A DNA stretch of 64,000 nucleotides from Psammoneis japonica. Taxonomy: Eukaryota. Positions 60,839 to 64,000 of this stretch are shown piece by piece (position 1 is the first letter of the stretch; each line of letters opens with the position of its first letter). The stretch is from assembly GCA_008632985.1 (NCBI GenBank), contig QPGO01000106.1, positions 186,001 to 250,000 on the forward strand, written 5' to 3'. The notes under the pieces were generated by a model. That model ran no database searches. It was not told the DNA's origin and was given only the letters and a program-made list of their open reading frames with translations. The position numbers and the translations under genes were made by a program.

Positions 60839-61846
60839 TTAGTGCTTCTCTCGTTCGCGCTCGAGTCGACGTCTCTCTGAATTGCTCCAAAGAGCACCAA
60901 TGGCGACACCGACCGGAAAGGCATACGTCATGAGAGCAGCCAAAAGAATGAATATCAAAAATCGCTGACTCAGTCTCTTTCTCACAAAATAGTCCACACC
61001 TATGCCAAAGCATGTTCCGCCTATCAAGAGCCCTTCAAGTCGAACTGCCAACCGGAGATAGCCCATTCCAATCGTGATTAATACATAGAATATCAGAGGA
61101 ATGAAAAAGACACCGAGCAGCCATCCAGCATACACAATGATTCGGCGACCGGAATGGCATGTCACCCTCCACAGCAAATCTCGATAAAAACCTTCGTTTT
61201 CGATATCACGGTTTTCCCTGTGACTGAGATCTCGCCAGTAGTGAAGCAGAAACGAAACTATCAACAGTCCTTCCACTATCCTGGGGACTGCTCGGCATAA
61301 AACACCATTGTCAATGACATTGCATTCTCCGTCACCACCAATCATCATTGCACTGGAACCACAACATCTCTCTGTCATCAAACCGAGTGACCAGAGGCAA
61401 ACCGCTTGAGTCGCAAGCAGAAAAGACCTGGCAAAGTAGGCAAACTTGCCAGGTATAGGCAGTTCATGACTCAACAATAAGTCAATCAATAAAATAAAAG
61501 AAGAACTTGCCAGCCGCGATAGGGTCCAAACAATCTTATTTGCTCTTGAGACAAGAATTGTTAACACAATGGCCAAAAACAAATAGCTGAACCCTAGCAA
61601 CGCTAGAGCAGACCGAGTACGTCGCACATCTTTTCTAAGTTTCCAAGCCACACAATATGCAACAAAGGTGAAGTACAACAGGAGAGATATGGCGGGAAAG
61701 AGAGCCACTGGGAAGACTCCAGCATAGGCTCCCATTGTTGACATGGGAATATCACGAACATTTCGACCAATGACACGACCGTAGCCTGCTGCGAGACTCA
61801 GCCTGTCGTTTCTCTGTCTATCAGTCTTGGCTCTATGAGGTATCAT
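60839..61846 (-). CDS. Hypothetical multi-pass membrane protein; start may be at about 61744
   Basis: 335-aa ORF with 7-8 hydrophobic segments and normal Tyr content. Confidence 0.7.
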   Translation of the reverse strand: MIPHRAKTDRQRNDRLSLAAGYGRVIGRNVRDIPMSTMGAYAGVFPVALFPAISLLLYFTFVAYCVAWKLRKDVRRTRSALALLGFSYLFLAIVLTILVSRANKIVWTLSRLASSSFILLIDLLLSHELPIPGKFAYFARSFLLATQAVCLWSLGLMTERCCGSSAMMIGGDGECNVIDNGVLCRAVPRIVEGLLIVSFLLHYWRDLSHRENRDIENEGFYRDLLWRVTCHSGRRIIVYAGWLLGVFFIPLIFYVLITIGMGYLRLAVRLEGLLIGGTCFGIGVDYFVRKRLSQRFLIFILLAALMTYAFPVGVAIGALWSNSERRRLEREREKH

Positions 61847-62265
61847 TGCCTGTTTGTTAGTGACGTTTGGGAGTCCTTGTCATCCATAGCTTACTTCGGA
61901 TTTTTACTCCTAATGTGTATCACATTCTCATGAGCGTTATTGTTGATCGTGCAATCATGCATCAGGCGGGATCAGCCATCATCGCGCAGCGTTCGCTTCG
62001 CCAGGCTCGCGGGAAACAGATCACTACACAAACCGTTATTCTGCCAGCAAGAGAATCTTTCCCGCAAAAATTTTGATCACGGCTGGCGGGCGTCAAAAAA
62101 GAGTGACCGCTCTATGTCATTGCAGCGCATCTTCTTTGCATCTCGCAATCACAACGTTGCGACCGCAACGTTTGCAACAACGATGTTTCCAGTTGCTGTC
62201 GCGGTGATGCAGATGAGGATGATCTGATTGGCGATGTTGACAGCTTCGCATTTTCGGCTCATGAG

Positions 62266-63410
62266 TTGTGGTCGTGCATTTGTGTGCATTTTTGCATTTG
62301 TTCTTTGCATGTTTGTAACAGATGGACTTGCAAGGTTGTTGACATCTTTGTTCCCAAATTTGTCGAGTCTGAGCCCATCACCAAAAACCACTTGGAACAG
62401 CCTGAAGGCATGGAAAACCAACCTCTTGCTGCAACTTGCATCGGATTGACCAAGTTTGAAAATTTGCAGAGCACAAGATCCCCCTCCTTTGGGAAATTTG
62501 TTCCCAGTGGCTGGGCGGCACTCATCATGCTGCACAATCCAGTTTCATTTCCATTGAGAGATGCGCTCTTGGACATCAGCAACAAGGAGTTGCCGGAACT
62601 CTTGAAGCAGACACAACTTGACAAGGCCTCACTCGCAAAACCCAACGCGGCATTTGAGAACCCCCAGCTGGACAAAGCCGTGACTCACCAAGCCTTTTGC
62701 GGACAGGGTGCACATCAACTTGAGGCTGTCCCAGAAAACAAGGAGAGTGCTTCAACGGGAGCCGCATTTGAAGCAGATGCCCTTTTCATGAAGGCTCTGG
62801 AGGTGCCAAAAGGCTTTGGCAAGTGCAGAGGAGGGGGGCCAAGTGGCAAAATTGAGGAACAAGAGGAGGCAGAGGAAGAGACGGATGATGTCCAAGAGTC
62901 TTGGTTGCCCACCTGACCCAGCAACTCAAAAGGGGCTTCCAGTTTGAGTTTTTCCACAGTTGGTGGCAGTGATGCAATGCAAACAGTTTCCTTTGATCCA
63001 GCACAACGGCTCTTGACAATGTCAAATTTCTGGTCAACTGGTGCAAGATCACATGAGGCTTGGCTGTGCAAACAATGCTCATGCACCAATGGTGAGAGTG
63101 ATGAGACTTGTGCCATGTGTGGGCGGGCGAGTGATCCGGAACCCGAGCAGCGATTAAGACTCTCAGAACAGCGAGCAGCAGGAGTGCATTGGTTGCCGCT
63201 GTGGCTCTGAGTCCCAGCATGTCAGAAGGTGAACGGTGGTTGTGTCTCACGTGCACCTGCATGAACCAAAATGTGCTTCATTTGTCTTTTGAAATTTGTG
63301 GCCAACCCCGGTCCAGATTGGATGCGAGTGCATTGCAAATGCTTGAAGATGCTGGACCACAAGGGGGGCATTGTCAGCAAGATGAGCAATTGGCAGGGGA
63401 ATTGTGAGAA
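62266..63410 (+). pseudogene. Hypermutated relic with two RanBP2-type zinc fingers
   Basis: WLCKQCSCTN.....CAMCG and WLCLTCTCMN......FEICGQPR fit W-x-C-x2-C-x3-N-x6-C-x2-C, with the usual Tyr/Phe position read as Cys. Confidence 0.6.
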
Positions 63411-63918
63411 AGGGCAGAGGAAAAGGAGCTTGTTTTACATTTGTTGACATCATGGCAGCAGAACAAAAAAGTGACATTTTTGTTGTGCACACACCACGAC
63501 CTGAAATGCAGCGGCAACATTCTGAACAACTTTGGAGGAAGCAGTTTCACAACCCCACAATGAAATGCAGCAATGGGAACAATGGCAACTCTCACAAGAG
63601 TTGCCTCATCTTTTGATGCGGCAGACAGGAAGCAAGAAAGTGTGAGATGGACTGCGCCCGATCTTGTGAGGCGGTCACGGGTCCTGTGATCGAGCGCGGT
63701 CGTCGCGCCACAAGACCAAAATGATGCTTTGTCATGCAACATGCACTGCCATTCTCTCGGCAAGACCAGCATGTTGTACCTGCAACAAACTTAATTCAAT
63801 CACTGCAGGCCCTGGCCAGCAACCCCTTCCCCATTTGTTGCACAGCGCTGGAGTCTTGCACTTGCGGCGCTGGTTGAGGAGTCATTTCATGGCTTGCCCA
63901 CACCGACCACAGAACACT

Positions 63919-64000
63919 TCAACAAAACAAAGGAAGAACTTGCCAGCTGCAACAGGGTCCAAACAATCTCATTTGCTCTTGAGACAAGAGTTGTGAGCAC
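63919..64000 (-). pseudogene. Hypermutated partial copy of the gene at 60839-61846; continues beyond the window
   Basis: Ungapped 82-nt alignment to 61486-61567 with 10 differences. Confidence 0.9.

Overview
Eukaryotic nuclear DNA, most likely a diatom: it has GT-AG introns, a ubiquitin-NiSOD fusion, a secreted HTSCS/poly-proline protein and diatom-type Copia remnants. The window alternates between two kinds of sequence. Ordinary gene islands carry a FAD oxidoreductase, a Cys/Pro-rich secreted protein, a PPPDE-like protein, two tandem phytol-kinase-like genes, a fibrillin-like gene, Ub-NiSOD and several membrane proteins. Transposon-rich blocks carry a deleted Copia element with LTRs and TSD, a Gypsy element, a Sola-like TIR element, a MITE, dispersed repeat families and captured gene relics. 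The standout signal is that these blocks (about 2.3-8.3, 12.9-13.9, 14.8-35.2, 43.0-44.4, 45.7-50.1 and 62.1-64.0 kb) are nearly free of TpA. Paired copies inside the window show a directional TpA->TpG/CpA change on top of CpG->TpG/CpA. Conserved Tyr residues become Cys or His (RT YxDD->CVDD), and TAA/TAG stops disappear. This looks like a region-restricted, RIP-analogous genome-defence mutator with a target different from fungal RIP. I do not know of a description of it but could not search the literature. Block boundaries and dinucleotide statements were judged by eye unless counts are given.
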